Below, piece by piece: positions 46,637 to 59,559 of a stretch of 64,000 nucleotides of DNA. Position 1 is the stretch's first letter; every line of letters begins with the position of its first letter. The DNA lies in assembly GCA_951406725.2 (NCBI GenBank), contig OX597826.1, positions 21,142,001 through 21,206,000 on the forward strand, given 5' to 3'. Made by a program: the position numbers and the translations under genes. Below the pieces are notes generated by a model. That model was given only the letters and a program-made list of their open reading frames with translations, was not told where the DNA came from and did not search any database. Source of the stretch: Octopus vulgaris. Taxonomy: Eukaryota.

Positions 46637-46770
46637 GGGGCAGGTGTGGCTATGTGGTAACAAACTACGTCCCAAACACATGGTCCTGGGTTCAGTCCCA
46701 CTGTGTGGTGACTTGGCATGTGTCTTCTGCTGTAGCTTCAGACCAACAAAAGCCTTCTCAGTGGATTTTG
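46637..46770 (+). mobile_element. SINE family A head
   Basis: GGCAGGTGTGGCTATGTGGTAA..TGGTCCTGGGTTCAGTCCCACTGTGTGG..GTGTCTTCT. Confidence 0.7.
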
Positions 46771-46811
46771 TACATATATACAGGCATACATACATATATA
46801 TACATGCATGT

Positions 46812-47231
46812 TCTATATTTTATAAATTACCCATATTTACTTACCCATGCTTCATTCCCATCTTGCCTACATAGGTCATCCATTCTCTTTTAACAGCATG
46901 AAGTTTTGTAACAACACATCCGCTGCCGTTCGTGGAAAACGAAGAGACCCTATTCACCTGCGAACGTTTTACACCGCCTTCCACGACTATCAAATTCTTA
47001 CAATTATGAGAACAATAACATGGCTCTTTTCAAGGCAACTTCGCATTCAATTCTTACACCATTCTACGAGGGGTAGGAACCCCTTTACACGGCTTTCTAT
47101 ACACTTACAAATACATTCATTCGCCGTAAACTTATATCAATATTTGCCTGAATAATCATCATAATTCAGTGCAATCATTAACAGTACTTTCAAGCAATTC
47201 AGCCCCGAGCATCGCCGAGCAATTCTGCTAG
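46812..47231 (+). mobile_element. Degenerate Helitron (3' end clear, 5' end tentative)
   Basis: CCCCGAGCATCGCCGAGCAATTCTGCTAG|T at 47203-47232 resembles the two other Helitron 3' ends. A possible 5' end TCTATATTTTATAAA lies at 46812. Confidence 0.5.
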
Positions 47232-47573
47232 TCTATGTATAAATACTTCATATTCATACGATTGCATCTACAAAGAGAAATGGACCTAAGCGATAGCTAT
47301 AAAATATTTTACGCGATTGCCTCCCCTTTCCTCATTAAGTTCGAAACAATAATTTTAGATTTCGGCGCAGATTTTGAGGGGAGGGGCCTCGACGGTTATA
47401 TCGACTTCTGTATTTAAGGGATACTTTATTTCGGCACAAGGCCAGCAATTTTGAAAGGAGGGATCTTAGCCGATTATAGGGACCTCTGGGAAGGGTTTGA
47501 ATGTAAAGGACGGAAATATCATTTTGCTTGATACTCTAACCATTCAGCCATACGCACACACACACAGAAATGT

Positions 47574-47612
<39 letters not shown>

Positions 47613-48043
47613 GGAAAAGAGTACTCAGCACCGTAATAGTGATGAATGATCCTTTCCATTCTAGGCACAAGGCCTGAAATATTTGGTGTGTTAACATGGG
47701 ATTCCCAAACGACAATGTAACCTTCATATAACTGAGGTATATTCGGCCTGGTGTGTAGCTCGCTGAGTGCTCCTCATCAGAGGATCTTCTGGCTCGGAAA
47801 CACATGCAGCCTGGATTTTACCTCTTCCGCTCCCTCAATTTGAATTTTTTTTTTCATTTATAGCATCTCGAGTTGCTAACTGTAAGCTATAGAGAAATTT
47901 ATTTCAGCTTAACGAACTTCGATATGAGAAAAGCCTACAACCTTCGACGCCAATAAACTATTATTGTTCCGAAACGTTTTTTATACATACCACGAACTGT
48001 TCGAAGTTTACAAACTTCCTACACTTAAATCCTTGGATTTTAC

Positions 48044-48114
<71 letters not shown>

Positions 48115-48958
48115 AAACAAAACCGTCAAGTTACTTCATCACTAACAGTCAAATCAGAATGCTACCAGGTTATTTGATGTACATCAATAAATATTCTTAA
48201 TTCCGTTTGAAAGAATATGTTGATTACAATCAAATTGAGAAAATTTATCCAAGGAGAAGGAACCAACAGTCAAAAGAACTACAGAAATATCAACCATTCC
48301 ATTAAATTGTGCCAGATAATTACTATTGTGATGGGAATCTTTCTTAGAAGCAGTTGCAGAGAATCTAAAATTTCAACACGTCAATATTTTTATCTACTTT
48401 TCGTTTTTAGTTATTTATTGTTTTCTTGTTAAATTTGAAAATTAAACTGTTTTAATAAATAAATTTTAATTTTAGTTTATTATTTATATGATGTTATATT
48501 TGTTACTTTATGTAAATTTCTTTAACAAATATACTTTTTAACAAGCTGACCGGTAAATTTCTGTTTTCATTTACGTAATAGAAAGAAACTAGAAAAAATA
48601 TAAATTTTTACGAAACTAAGGCTGTTTTTTATGTAATACCTTCACCGTTGCGTCTGGTCTTCTGTGCTGGGCTCCAGTTATCGAGATCCACAGAAAATTA
48701 GAATTCCGTGACGCCAGTTCGATATTCTGCAAGATCGTGGTTTCGGTCCCCACACAGGGCGATGTATTGTGTTCTTGAGCAACATACTTCACTCCCCGCC
48801 CCTTCAACTGGCAAATATGAATAATCTTGCGACGGACTGCTGGCAGAGGAAATACTGGCGTTTCTTGGATAAAAATATTCCTACAAGAGGTCTAAATATC
48901 CTCATAGTGACTATATATGTATACACATATAAATATATAGATAGATAGATAGATAGAC

Positions 48959-49116
<158 letters not shown>

Positions 49117-49401
49117 CTTTTTATTGTAGCCACACAGGGCTAAACACAGAATAAAAATGGACGAAATACAATGTAGAATTTTTTTCTTTTTGAGGTGGGA
49201 TGGGTGGGGCACAAAAAAAAACGTTTGATCAATAGGGATCTGTGGGTTGTGTGGTGTATAAAAAAGCAATATATATATATAAGGTTCACAGTTTAGGTGT
49301 AGCCTTGGAAAGAAAAACCTACAAAAAAGACCAAGGTCACCTCAGACAATTCGAAAAAGAACACATGAGTAAGTCGCCTTACTTCTCGTTGTCTCTTTTG
49401 G

Positions 49402-52400
49402 TTACAGATTTATGCTTAAAATAGTGTCGTCTTTCATACTGACCATTTTTGCCACTTTTACCCACTTTTTATTAAAACATTCGTTCGACAAAGCCTTCCT
49501 CTCTATTCTCATCCTCCTTTTCAAGTGGTACTTGAAAAAGTTGACTAGAGACTGACCAGAGAGGAAGGTGTTTGTTTGCAGTCCTTTCAAACGCGTCCAC
49601 CACACACATTCTTTCGCCATAGCCATCAGCGTAACGAAAACCGTTTTCCCTTCCCGTTTAAAGGAAGGTGGTGGAACAATATTCACGATAGACTCGGCCG
49701 ATAGGCGAGCCCGACCTACACGTGACAACAGCTGTTCGACGAAGGACCACAGCTCTGAAATATCTGGACACTGCACGAGTGCGTGCAGAACGGTTTCATC
49801 GCTCTGACCGCATCTCGGGCAGGTCGGTCCGGTGATGGTTTTCGAACCGTGTCTGTAGCTCTTCTCTCGAATAGGTAGTGCGTCTCGATAGCACTGCCAA
49901 GCCAGGGATTTCTGGAAGTTATCCATAGGCCCCGGCCCGAACGTCGTCCTGAACAGGCGGGTTAGGAATTTCTCGTCGACGCCCAGGTTTGCCCCGAGTG
50001 TGTCGTCGGACCTCCCCTCCACTAGTCCTCTATAGAACGCTTTAGTCGTTTGTAAGTTGCACAAGTTTGACCCCGGTCGGCAGAGCTGCTGTAGAGCTTG
50101 GCGACACTCTCGGTGCCAATCGCCCAGTTTCAGTCTCTTTTTGATCCACGTTTGCAGTTCGGTCAGTGAGACGAGCTGCGGGAAGTCGCGCCTCACAAAC
50201 GGCGCCCACACCTGTTCACCGTCGTCGATGAAGTTCCAGAGATGTCGCAGTCTCAGCGCATGCCTGCGCATCATCAACCACGGCATGCCCAGTCCTCCAT
50301 TCAACGGATGTTGACAGCAAATGGACTTCCTCACCATCGGAACGCCACCCTTCCACAGGAAGCGGAAGAGTATGCGTTCCAGTTTGGTGATGGTGGCGTC
50401 GGGACAAGGTACGACGGTCAGGCGGTAATCGATGACGGATGCGATGTACGCGTTCGCCACCTCCGCCCGGCCTTTTAGAGACAGCTTTCTCTCGGCCCAT
50501 GTTTGGCTGAGAGCGACCACTCTACTCGTGATCTCGTCCCAGTTCTTATCCATTTGGAGGTCCGGACTGAACCAGACCCCGAGCAATTTAACCGGTCCGT
50601 CCGTCCAGCGTCCCACTACTGAGCCGCAGTCGGACGGCATGGGTTTGCTTCTCCAGGTGCCGAGTAGCAAACCCACTGACTTTTCCGGGTTAATCTTTGC
50701 TCCCGTCACCGTTTCGTATTTTCTTAGTGTCTCGCCTATCATCTTGATGTGTTTGTCGCTCGACACTATGGCGGTGACATCGTCCGCATATGCCGACACA
50801 CTCGTCCCGCAACCCAGTTCCCGTGGGATGCCCCTCAGTGTCGCCAGCTTCCGCAGTAGCGGCTCGAGAGTCAATACATACAGAAGCGCCGACAGGGGAC
50901 ACCCCTGACGGACCGAATGCGTGATGTCAAAAGGTTTCGACAGGTGACCGTTCACCCGAATCACCGATCGGATGCCGCTATACAAGGCAGCGATCCAACC
51001 GCGGAAGACGGGACAGAAGCCAGCCGCCCTGAGGACGGCCCCCAAGTACCGATGGTCGACCCTATCGAAGGCTTTAGACTGATCCAAATTTATCAGCGCC
51101 CCACCCATGCCAGGATCCTTAACTACCCTGTCCACAATGTAGCGCATCAGATGGAGGTTGTCATGTATGGTTCCGCCCGGCACGGCGCATGTTTGCGCCC
51201 TGTCGACCAGTTTACCAATGACAAGCACCAACCTCTCGGCTATTACTTTGGCCAAAATTTTCAAATCTGCGTTGAGCAGAGTGATGGGCCTGAAATTATC
51301 TGTAAAATTCCCCTTGTTTGGGTCTTTCTTCAGCAACGTCACTGCACCTCGGCTCACGAAACCGGGGATTCTCCCGTTTTGTTGCCAGTTGCAGTAGACT
51401 GATGCCAAGAGGTCGCCAAACAAGTCTGGCATTTGACAATACAGCTCGTAGGGTAAACCATCCAATCCAGGCGACTTATCCCTCGCGCAGCCCACCATCG
51501 CGTCCCACACGTCAGCGGCTGTGATGGGACTTTCACAACACTCCGCTTCTCTTGCCGTGAGCCGCGGCAGGTCGGTCAGGTAGGCACTGAAATCCATCCC
51601 GCGTTCCGACCCACCACTCGCACCAAACAGTCGAGCAAAGTGCTGTTGAAAGGCCTCACACATCCTTTCGGGTTCGAGTAAACTGCATCCTTGTTGATCT
51701 ATTAGAGACCGAATGGTGGCTCTGTTGCCACGCTGCGCCTCCGCTACCCGGGCCTCTCGCGCAGCTTCGATCCCTTCGTTCCTTAAGGCACGCATTTTAG
51801 CTCTGACGACGCAACCTTCGTGCTTGGCGTTGAGGTGTTGGTCGAGGGCCATCCTCGCAGCCAGCACGTTGGTTGCGCTGCCAGTGGTAAGTGCCTCTTC
51901 TAGTTTCTTAACCAAGTCTCCCTCTACTCTATTTCGTTCTATCGCTAATTCCTTGCTAAACCTAATTGATTCCGATTTTATTGCCATTTTCAGGGCGTAC
52001 CACCAGCGGTTGTTAACGACGGCTCCCGTCAGCGCCCTCTTAATTAACTCGCTAATCCGGTTCCTGTAAACCTGTCGCGCTAACAGCGACGTGTTCAGTT
52101 TCCAATAACCGGGACCCTGCCTATGTGTTTTATCCAAGTCGAGCGTACACGTAACAAATTTGTGATCTGTGTAGCTGACTATTTTAAATTGTGGACATCC
52201 TACACTATCCCTATCCGCTGTCCTGCATAGAATTCTATCTAGATAAGATCTCGACGATCCAACGCGGTTTGTCCAAGTCCACGTTGGCACGTTCGGATGG
52301 TCGAGTCGGAACCTGTCAGACAAATGGAAACGTCTGAGCAGGTCTTTGAGGCTCTTACACCCCCTTCTATTCCTATCCCTTCCCACATAATCTAGATGCG

Positions 52401-52851
52401 TGTCCAAGGTAGCGTTCCAATCCCCTACTAACAGTAAAGGTCTAGACGTACCCAGGAAAACCTCTAGACGTCTGAAGAAATCCGCCCGACCCGTTAAGGA
52501 CGGTGCATAAACTGCCATCAGACGGAATGCACACCCATTTCTGCCATCCACGTCCAAGACAACCAGCCTACCCTCCGGGTCTAGGAATATTGCTCTTACT
52601 TTTACATTTAGACTCTTTCGAAAAAGCACCGCGGTACCTCCACCACCCATGTTCGGCAGACAGGGAGAAAAATAAATGTCAAATTGATTGCCAAACATGG
52701 ACTCGAGGGCCCGCGGCTTACTGAGTCTGGTTTCACTGATAGCTACTATATCCACGTTCAGTGACTTGATGTCGTTTAGAAGGTAACCTTGCTTCCAAGC
52801 CGACGCCAAGCCACGCGCATTCACACAACCTAATTTAAGCATACTTGACAT
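49402..52851 (-). CDS. ORF2 polyprotein: APE endonuclease + reverse transcriptase + C-terminal zinc finger (Tx1-like), intact
   Basis: 1149 aa uninterrupted. APE motifs CVNARGL, ISETRL, VYAPS, GDWNA, YLDRI, TDH. Tx1/L1 signature GPGYWKLNTSLL. RT motifs KSPGLDG, FRPITLLNADLKI, LDQSKAFDRVDH, VRQGCPLS, YADD, VKLLGV. Zinc finger CPRC...HALVQC. Confidence 0.97.
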   Translation of the reverse strand: MSSMLKLGCVNARGLASAWKQGYLLNDIKSLNVDIVAISETRLSKPRALESMFGNQFDIYFSPCLPNMGGGGTAVLFRKSLNVKVRAIFLDPEGRLVVLDVDGRNGCAFRLMAVYAPSLTGRADFFRRLEVFLGTSRPLLLVGDWNATLDTHLDYVGRDRNRRGCKSLKDLLRRFHLSDRFRLDHPNVPTWTWTNRVGSSRSYLDRILCRTADRDSVGCPQFKIVSYTDHKFVTCTLDLDKTHRQGPGYWKLNTSLLARQVYRNRISELIKRALTGAVVNNRWWYALKMAIKSESIRFSKELAIERNRVEGDLVKKLEEALTTGSATNVLAARMALDQHLNAKHEGCVVRAKMRALRNEGIEAAREARVAEAQRGNRATIRSLIDQQGCSLLEPERMCEAFQQHFARLFGASGGSERGMDFSAYLTDLPRLTAREAECCESPITAADVWDAMVGCARDKSPGLDGLPYELYCQMPDLFGDLLASVYCNWQQNGRIPGFVSRGAVTLLKKDPNKGNFTDNFRPITLLNADLKILAKVIAERLVLVIGKLVDRAQTCAVPGGTIHDNLHLMRYIVDRVVKDPGMGGALINLDQSKAFDRVDHRYLGAVLRAAGFCPVFRGWIAALYSGIRSVIRVNGHLSKPFDITHSVRQGCPLSALLYVLTLEPLLRKLATLRGIPRELGCGTSVSAYADDVTAIVSSDKHIKMIGETLRKYETVTGAKINPEKSVGLLLGTWRSKPMPSDCGSVVGRWTDGPVKLLGVWFSPDLQMDKNWDEITSRVVALSQTWAERKLSLKGRAEVANAYIASVIDYRLTVVPCPDATITKLERILFRFLWKGGVPMVRKSICCQHPLNGGLGMPWLMMRRHALRLRHLWNFIDDGEQVWAPFVRRDFPQLVSLTELQTWIKKRLKLGDWHRECRQALQQLCRPGSNLCNLQTTKAFYRGLVEGRSDDTLGANLGVDEKFLTRLFRTTFGPGPMDNFQKSLAWQCYRDALPIREKSYRHGSKTITGPTCPRCGQSDETVLHALVQCPDISELWSFVEQLLSRVGRARLSAESIVNIVPPPSFKREGKTVFVTLMAMAKECVWWTRLKGLQTNTFLSGQSLVNFFKYHLKRRMRIERKALSNECFNKKWVKVAKMVSMKDDTILSINL

Positions 52852-52916
52852 TTACGAAAATTGTGTTTTACACACTACATTAGAAGAGACAAGAGGCAAG
52901 AGGGGAGGTCACTTAT

Positions 52917-54805
52917 TCATTTTAAAAGTTTCATTTTTTCTTCTTCTTTTGTATTGTTTTTGATGAGGTGTTTGTATAGTTTTTTCGACAGGTATCGTTG
53001 AAACCCGCCTACCGCATTCGGAAATATTGTTTTCAGTATGTGGTGTTGTGCTTGTGTTATGTGTAAAATTCTGATGTGTTTCGGTGGTGTGGTGTGCGGA
53101 TGATTGTTTGTCTTAAAGTCATCTTCACATATGTCCGTGTTGGATGTGATGTAGTCCATTAATTCTTTATTGTCTGTGTCTATTGCAGTTAGTTGTGTGT
53201 GTGGTTTTACGGGTTCATTGCTTTTTTTATTGTCTAGGGGGATGTTGTCCGAAGTTAGGTATCTCCTTGCTTTACTTCCTTGTTTGGTGGATTTTCTGGA
53301 TCTTTTCCTTTTACCCCCTGTGGCTATTTGCCATTCCGTCGAACTTTTGTCGTCCGACGTATCAGTATGGGGTAGAGGCAAAGCATTTGCATTACTATGT
53401 ATGCTTGTAGAAATTGTTGATGTTTTGTGCGGTGTTTGTGTTGTTGTGGTGTTAGGGGTAGAATTTGTCTTCTCGTCACTGTTTTCTGTCTTTTTAATTG
53501 TCGTCCTCGGTGTGGGTGTTGGTCTATTTTTTGTTGATTCGACATGTTGAATTGGTTGTGACGTCAACGGTGATTGTGTTGGTACTGTTTCTTTTCTTGG
53601 TGATGTTGTTGGGGGTTTGCTGGTTTGTTGTTTTTCTTGGCATTGTTCCATAATTGAGTGTGTTGGTGTTGGTGTTGGTAACAAGGGTTTTTAATTTGTT
53701 TTCTGATTTGTTCTTTCTTGTTTTTTTTCTATACCAGAGCGCACTTGGCAATTAAATGTTCGGGGCTGCCACAGTTGTAGCATCTAGGCTTTTTGCCTTC
53801 TGCTACAACATATAGGCATTGCCCATTTTCCAAGTGGATCTTATCCGGTAGGCTCTCGATAGAGGCCCCCTCAATCTGTATGGTCACCACTATTGTCTTC
53901 CCACCCCAAATGTCGCCAAGGTACACGGCGGTTTCCAAAATGTTGATATTTTTTAAATGGTAACAGATTGCCCCTGTTATCCATTTGTTAGGAATCTCGG
54001 GAGGTACATTTTTAATAGTGATTCGACTCACTCTCTGGTTTTTATAGTATGGGACCATGATGATTTCATCATTTCCCAGAGACTCAGTAGAGTGAGCTTT
54101 TGCCACTTCCTGGTTAGGGAAGCGGACCACTACTGTGTTAAACTGGGGACCCCAGTTTATATATTCTTTTTCTTTCATTATGTTTTTTAATCATTTTTCT
54201 ACATCTGTTTTTGTAATCTGTTCATTTAGTTTTTTGTTTTTCCTTATAATTTTATATATAATTGTCTTATTTTCTATTTCTTGCTTTATGTGTTGAGGTG
54301 TATGTAGCACTAAATCTTGCCCACGGGTTGTAAAGAGAGCTCTCGTTTCTATGAGCTCTTCATTTGTAAATGTTACAATCTCTTTCTTCTGGCGCAGAGT
54401 GTCAGCGAAATTTACTGGTGTTGTTGATTTTTTTGTATTAACATCTTCACTATTAGATAGTTCATTTTTATTGTTGTTCTTGTTGTTGTTGTTTTTCTTA
54501 ATAGTATTCGCGTGAGTTTCATTTTTATCATTTATGTTGGACGTGGTGGTGGTGGTGGTGGTGGTGGTGGTGGTGGAGGTGGTGGTGTTAGCAGTAGTAG
54601 TCTCGTGGTTGCTGTTGTTAGTGGTGGTGGTGGCGGTGGTGACAGGGCTGTTACCGCACGTGGTTGCAGCGTTCATTCCACCGATATTCATGTTTGCACT
54701 TTGCGTGCATGAGTTCTTTTTTTCTTCTCCTAGCGTTTCCAAACTAGGAAAATGCTGGTCCATAAAGGAACGCGACCAGCGTTCTACAATAAAATTTCTC
54801 GACAT
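52917..54805 (-). pseudogene. ORF1 (gag-like, RRM-like region + CCHC zinc knuckle) broken into three pieces
   Basis: 54191-54805 and 53729-54178 are in the same frame, separated by one TGA (DVEK*LKNIMKEK). The knuckle CYNCGSPEHLIAKC is followed by TAG and a frame change into the Thr/Pro/Lys-rich 52917-53684 piece. Poly-Thr comes from (ACC)n at ~54543-54640. Confidence 0.8.
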
Positions 54806-54910
54806 TTTGTAATGTCGAGAAGAAAATTACAGAAATGAAATGGGGTTGAAACTGCCCCCTAGGGGCGAATTCCTCCCTTGGAAAAGCACTCAAACGAAAG
54901 TTGGGTGCCT

Positions 54911-55058
<148 letters not shown>

Positions 55059-55076
55059 CGGATAGATGGATAGACG

Positions 55077-55238
<162 letters not shown>

Positions 55239-55256
55239 CGGATAGATGGATAGACG

Positions 55257-55306
<50 letters not shown>

Positions 55307-55327
55307 GATAGATAGATAGATAGATAG

Positions 55328-55456
55328 CTGCGCCGACATGGTTGTGTGGTAACAAGCTTGCTTCCTATCCACATGGTTCCGGGTTCAGTCCCACTGTGTG
55401 AGACCTTCTACTATAGCCTCGGACCGACCAAAGTCTTGTCTGGATTTGGTAAACGG

Positions 55457-55462
<6 letters not shown>
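55328..55462 (+). mobile_element. SINE family A head
   Basis: ATGGTTGTGTGGTAACAAGCTTGCTTCC..GGTTCCGGGTTCAGTCCCACTGTG..GGATTTGGTAAACGGAAACTG. Confidence 0.7.
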
Positions 55463-55495
<33 letters not shown>

Positions 55496-55497
<2 letters not shown>

Positions 55498-56491
55498 CGC
55501 AGTTTTGCCTTCAGAGAGTCGAGTGAAGCATGAGGAATGCTTAAGATCCTCGTCTCCAAAATGGACCAAACAGAAAAATCCAATGGATTGAGATCGCGGT
55601 TTCTTGGGGGCTATGCATCCTTGCCTATGAACAACTTAATGTTTTTCTGAAACCAGTGTTGTCTGTTTGGAGCTGTGGGATGTTGTCGAGTTCTGTTGGA
55701 TGCTCCAAGGTGCGTCTTGAAAGTTCTCATTCGCCCATAGAAGCCGTTCAGCTTCAAGAATGTCGCTAATGTACCGCCGGGTGTTAATTTCAACACCCGA
55801 GGGCACAAAAACAGTCACTTTCCAGTGGCTGTCACAGCCGCCCAAGCCAGAATTGACTCTGAATTTTGACGCTCGATTTACGAGTCTACCCTCGATTGAG
55901 CTAGATTCACTCCAAAGTCGGTCATTCTTGTGGTTTACTGTCTGTTCGATGTCAAATTTCTTTTCATCCAGGTTCGACAGCGTGCCTTCAGCAATCTGAC
56001 TCGGGGCAAGACGATTCTAATCAGCCTCATGGCTTTATAAATTTGCGTGAGCTCATGGCGGCGGATCATCTTGTAGGGGTGTGATCTGAGACCATCCCTC
56101 AGCACTCGATACATCGGCTTATTTTTTGCTGTGGAAGCCAGTTTTCTGACAGAACGACGAGGATTTCGTCGTATCTTTTCTCTGGTATTTTTGATAAGCT
56201 GAGGGGTCTGCACACTTCTTTTGCGGCCACGTCCAGGGCAACCAGTTTCTTGAAAGTGCTGGTGTTTGGTTGATTTTAAGCTTAATTATTTTAAGCTGTA
56301 TTACTTTCGCCTCCTTTGTGGAGGGTTATGATTGTATTTCAGTCTACAGCCATTATCTAATTTATTAGTCTGAAACAAAAAGAAGACAAAAATTAAGCTT
56401 TTATAATGATGTATAATTTTCATATCTTATCACTTTTATTGATTGCTATTTAAGCCCAAAACTTCGGTTGCCCTAATTTCGGGACACCCTG
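55496..56491 (-). mobile_element. Tc1/mariner-superfamily transposon relic (maT/DD37D-like), one TIR retained
   Basis: Terminus TA|CAGGGTGTCCCGAAATTAGGGCAACCG. Frameshifted transposase pieces are IRRNPRRSVRKLA, DEKKFDIEQTVNHKNDRLW, VFVPSGVEINTRRYISDILE, WSIQQNSTTSH and NPMDFSVWSILE. Confidence 0.85.
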
Positions 56492-56507
56492 TATATATAT
56501 ATGTGTG

Positions 56508-56560
<53 letters not shown>

Positions 56561-56779
56561 AAGTTCCCATCGGTTGATCATTCATCGTAATTGTATGTAT
56601 TATTATAAGTGTTCGCCGCACAAAGCCGGAATCGAACCAATGGCCTTAATTTCTAATACCCAACGCTAGTAACTTCTTATCCACTAACCCCATTAATGTA
56701 GTTTCAAATCCTAATGTTCTAAATAACATTGGATGGTGTTTATTTAAGCGGTTCACCTAGTAACACGCATAGATCCATT

Positions 56780-56851
<72 letters not shown>

Positions 56852-57048
56852 CACACGCATAAACGCATTCACACACACATGCATATAGACCCATACAAAC
56901 ACATAGGCACACAGACTTATACACGTACTTTTACTGACACAGAAGCACACACACACACACATATATGTGTGTGTTTGTATGTATGTATATATATATACAT
57001 ATATGTATGTGTTTATAGTGCGTGTGAATGTGTATATATTTATATATA

Positions 57049-57852
57049 TCTCTCTATATATAAACGGCAGTTTGTCTGTCGGTGTGTCTGTGTGTCTGTC
57101 AGGTTGTACCCTCACCCTGACCACGGCTTTCAACCGATTCTGATGAAACTTGACACACACATAGCCCAATGTCATAATTCAAAACTAACGCAGCGAAAAT
57201 TTTGAAAAGTTCCCCCAGTTCTGAAAAAATATCGATAAATTCAACATGGGTCGAGAATCTAAGCTTTTTATATGCAACACATTTTCTACAGACTGTCTAG
57301 GGGACGCAACTCGGCCTTTTTAACTCTGGGAACAAGTGGGGTAAGTATCCCAAAATGTATAAAAATGTACAAAAACGGAAAAAATGCGGGCAGCAATGTG
57401 AGTGACAACAACGAAAAAGTCAAAAGTGACCAAACTGAACAAACGAATGGAAAAGGTTTTTTGATGCACACGACAAAAGCGGTTTATAATAAACCAAGAG
57501 TTTGCAAGTAGCGTCCGAGGACCCTTAGGGTACGTCAAAAATTTAAGGTAAAACGTTTGGGGTGGTAGTTATAAAGAAAGTGTAAACAAAAAAGTATTCA
57601 ATAACTTGCGGCTGCAGCAGCTATTAGCAGAAGTGGCGGTGTTGGGGGTAAAGTCTCGAATGTAATTTCTTCCTGGTAGGAATTGGTTGGGTTGAATTAT
57701 CGATAGCTGCTTGATAGTTATTTGGGAGTGAAGAGAAGACATTGCAACCTACACATGCGCCTTCGTTCCCTAGAGAGAAAGGACTAGATTGGGATTAGTC
57801 GTTGCCTACTAGGGGTTCTTACATACCCGGGCAACGCCGGGCTATGCTGCTA

Positions 57853-57853
<1 letters not shown>
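57049..57853 (+). mobile_element. Non-autonomous Helitron
   Basis: A|TCTCTCTATATATAAACGG ... CCCGGGCAACGCCGGG (hairpin) CTATGCTGCTAG|T, inserted in a (TA)n tract. Confidence 0.85.
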
Positions 57854-57891
<38 letters not shown>

Positions 57892-58387
57892 ATCTCACTC
57901 TCCGTCCTTCCCTCCTCCCTCTCTTTCTCTCTCTCTCTCTAATTTGTTCCTCTGACGGTAATGCTTTGCCAGAAACAGTCGCGTATTCACCTTTTAGTTT
58001 CTGGGTTCAAATCCTGCTGCAGTCAATTATTTTCTTTCGAGTTTTTTCTGCTTGTTTCCAAAATAAATACCAGTTATATGCTGGGGTTCATTTATTCCAA
58101 TAAGCTTCGTCTCTAGAAATGTTTTGATATTTAACGAGTTAAGAAATCATTATTTTGTACATTTTGTGAAGCCTCCATACGGTTTCGCGTTGCGGCAAGA
58201 ACAATTCCATTTTGCCTTGTTTACGTTATTAATGTCCTTAGTTACGCATGATAGTCAACTTTTCCTGATTCCTCTTCATAGGGGCTATGACCTAACAATC
58301 TGGGGCCAATATTTGCCCCTTCCTTAGACAAGAAATTAGACTGACAGATGTTGTTCTGTCTGGTTCACTTACTGAGCTCCGGGTATC

Positions 58388-58473
<86 letters not shown>

Positions 58474-58594
58474 TATAGATAGATAGATAGATAGATACAT
58501 ACATACATACATACATACATACATACATACATACATACATACATACATACATACATACATACATACATACATACATACATACATACATACATAC

Positions 58595-58680
<86 letters not shown>

Positions 58681-59241
58681 TTAGCCACACAGGACCGAAC
58701 ACAGAGGGGACAACACCATATATGATTTTTCTTTTCGAAACCGATCAATGGGGATCGAAAGACGTTTTGGAGTGTGTACTCAATTAGGTGTCGTTTTTAA
58801 CTTAAATTCCTAAAAACTTAAATTCACAAAAGGGGGTAAAAATATAATACTGACTAGAGTTATCCGTGGAGAGAAAACCCTACGAAAAGCAACCACGGTA
58901 ACCTCGGGAAAAGAGGAAACAATATGAAAGCAAAGTGCTCTCTTTCTCCTTTTGTTTTATAGGTTCATGCTCAAAGTGGTTCCGCCTTTCATGCGCACCA
59001 TCTTTGCTACATTCACCCGCCTTTTATTAAACCTTTCATTAGACAAAACTTCCTTCTCTGCTCGTACCTTCCTTTTCAAGTAATACTTGAAAAAGTTGAT
59101 GAGAGGTTGGCCAGAGAGGTAAGCATTTCTCTCTAAGCCTTTCAAACGAGTCCACCATACACATTTTTTCGCAATAGCCACCAGTACGGTGAAAACTGCC
59201 TTGCCTTCCCAGTTAAAGGAAGGTGGCGGGGCAATATCTGC

Positions 59242-59247
<6 letters not shown>
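58681..59247 (-). mobile_element. 5'-truncated Tx1-like LINE, diverged relative of the 49116-54910 element, inserted in (GATA)n
   Basis: ORF 58957-59181 matches the ORF2 C-terminus at 50/74 aa by manual alignment. Shared 3'UTR blocks include GCCACACAGG..AACACAGA and GATCAATRGGGATC. GATA arrays lie on both sides. Confidence 0.9.
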
Positions 59248-59316
<69 letters not shown>

Positions 59317-59559
59317 TGATTGATTGATTGATTGATTGACATGTGTGTGTGTGTGTCTTACGTTGTAGGTTTAAGAGAAGGGGGAAGTGTCGATATCTTT
59401 ACAAGTCAACTCCTGCAAAGGGCGGGAATACCGGAATGGTGGGGGTGGCGTTAAACCAAACAACGAAATGTAGAGGTGGTTGTAGTAAGAGTAGAAAAGT
59501 CAGTGAGAGGAGAGAGCGTGCCTCTGGTGAAGACGTTGGAGCGTGCTTGTGAGTGGCTT

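Noticed and set aside
46138-46719. 193-aa minus-strand ORF
   Set aside because: It begins in a SINE head and microsatellite, and has no recognisable domain or splice signals.
49568-52724. Plus-strand and alternate-frame ORFs overlapping ORF2
   Set aside because: Shadow ORFs of a GC-rich coding sequence.
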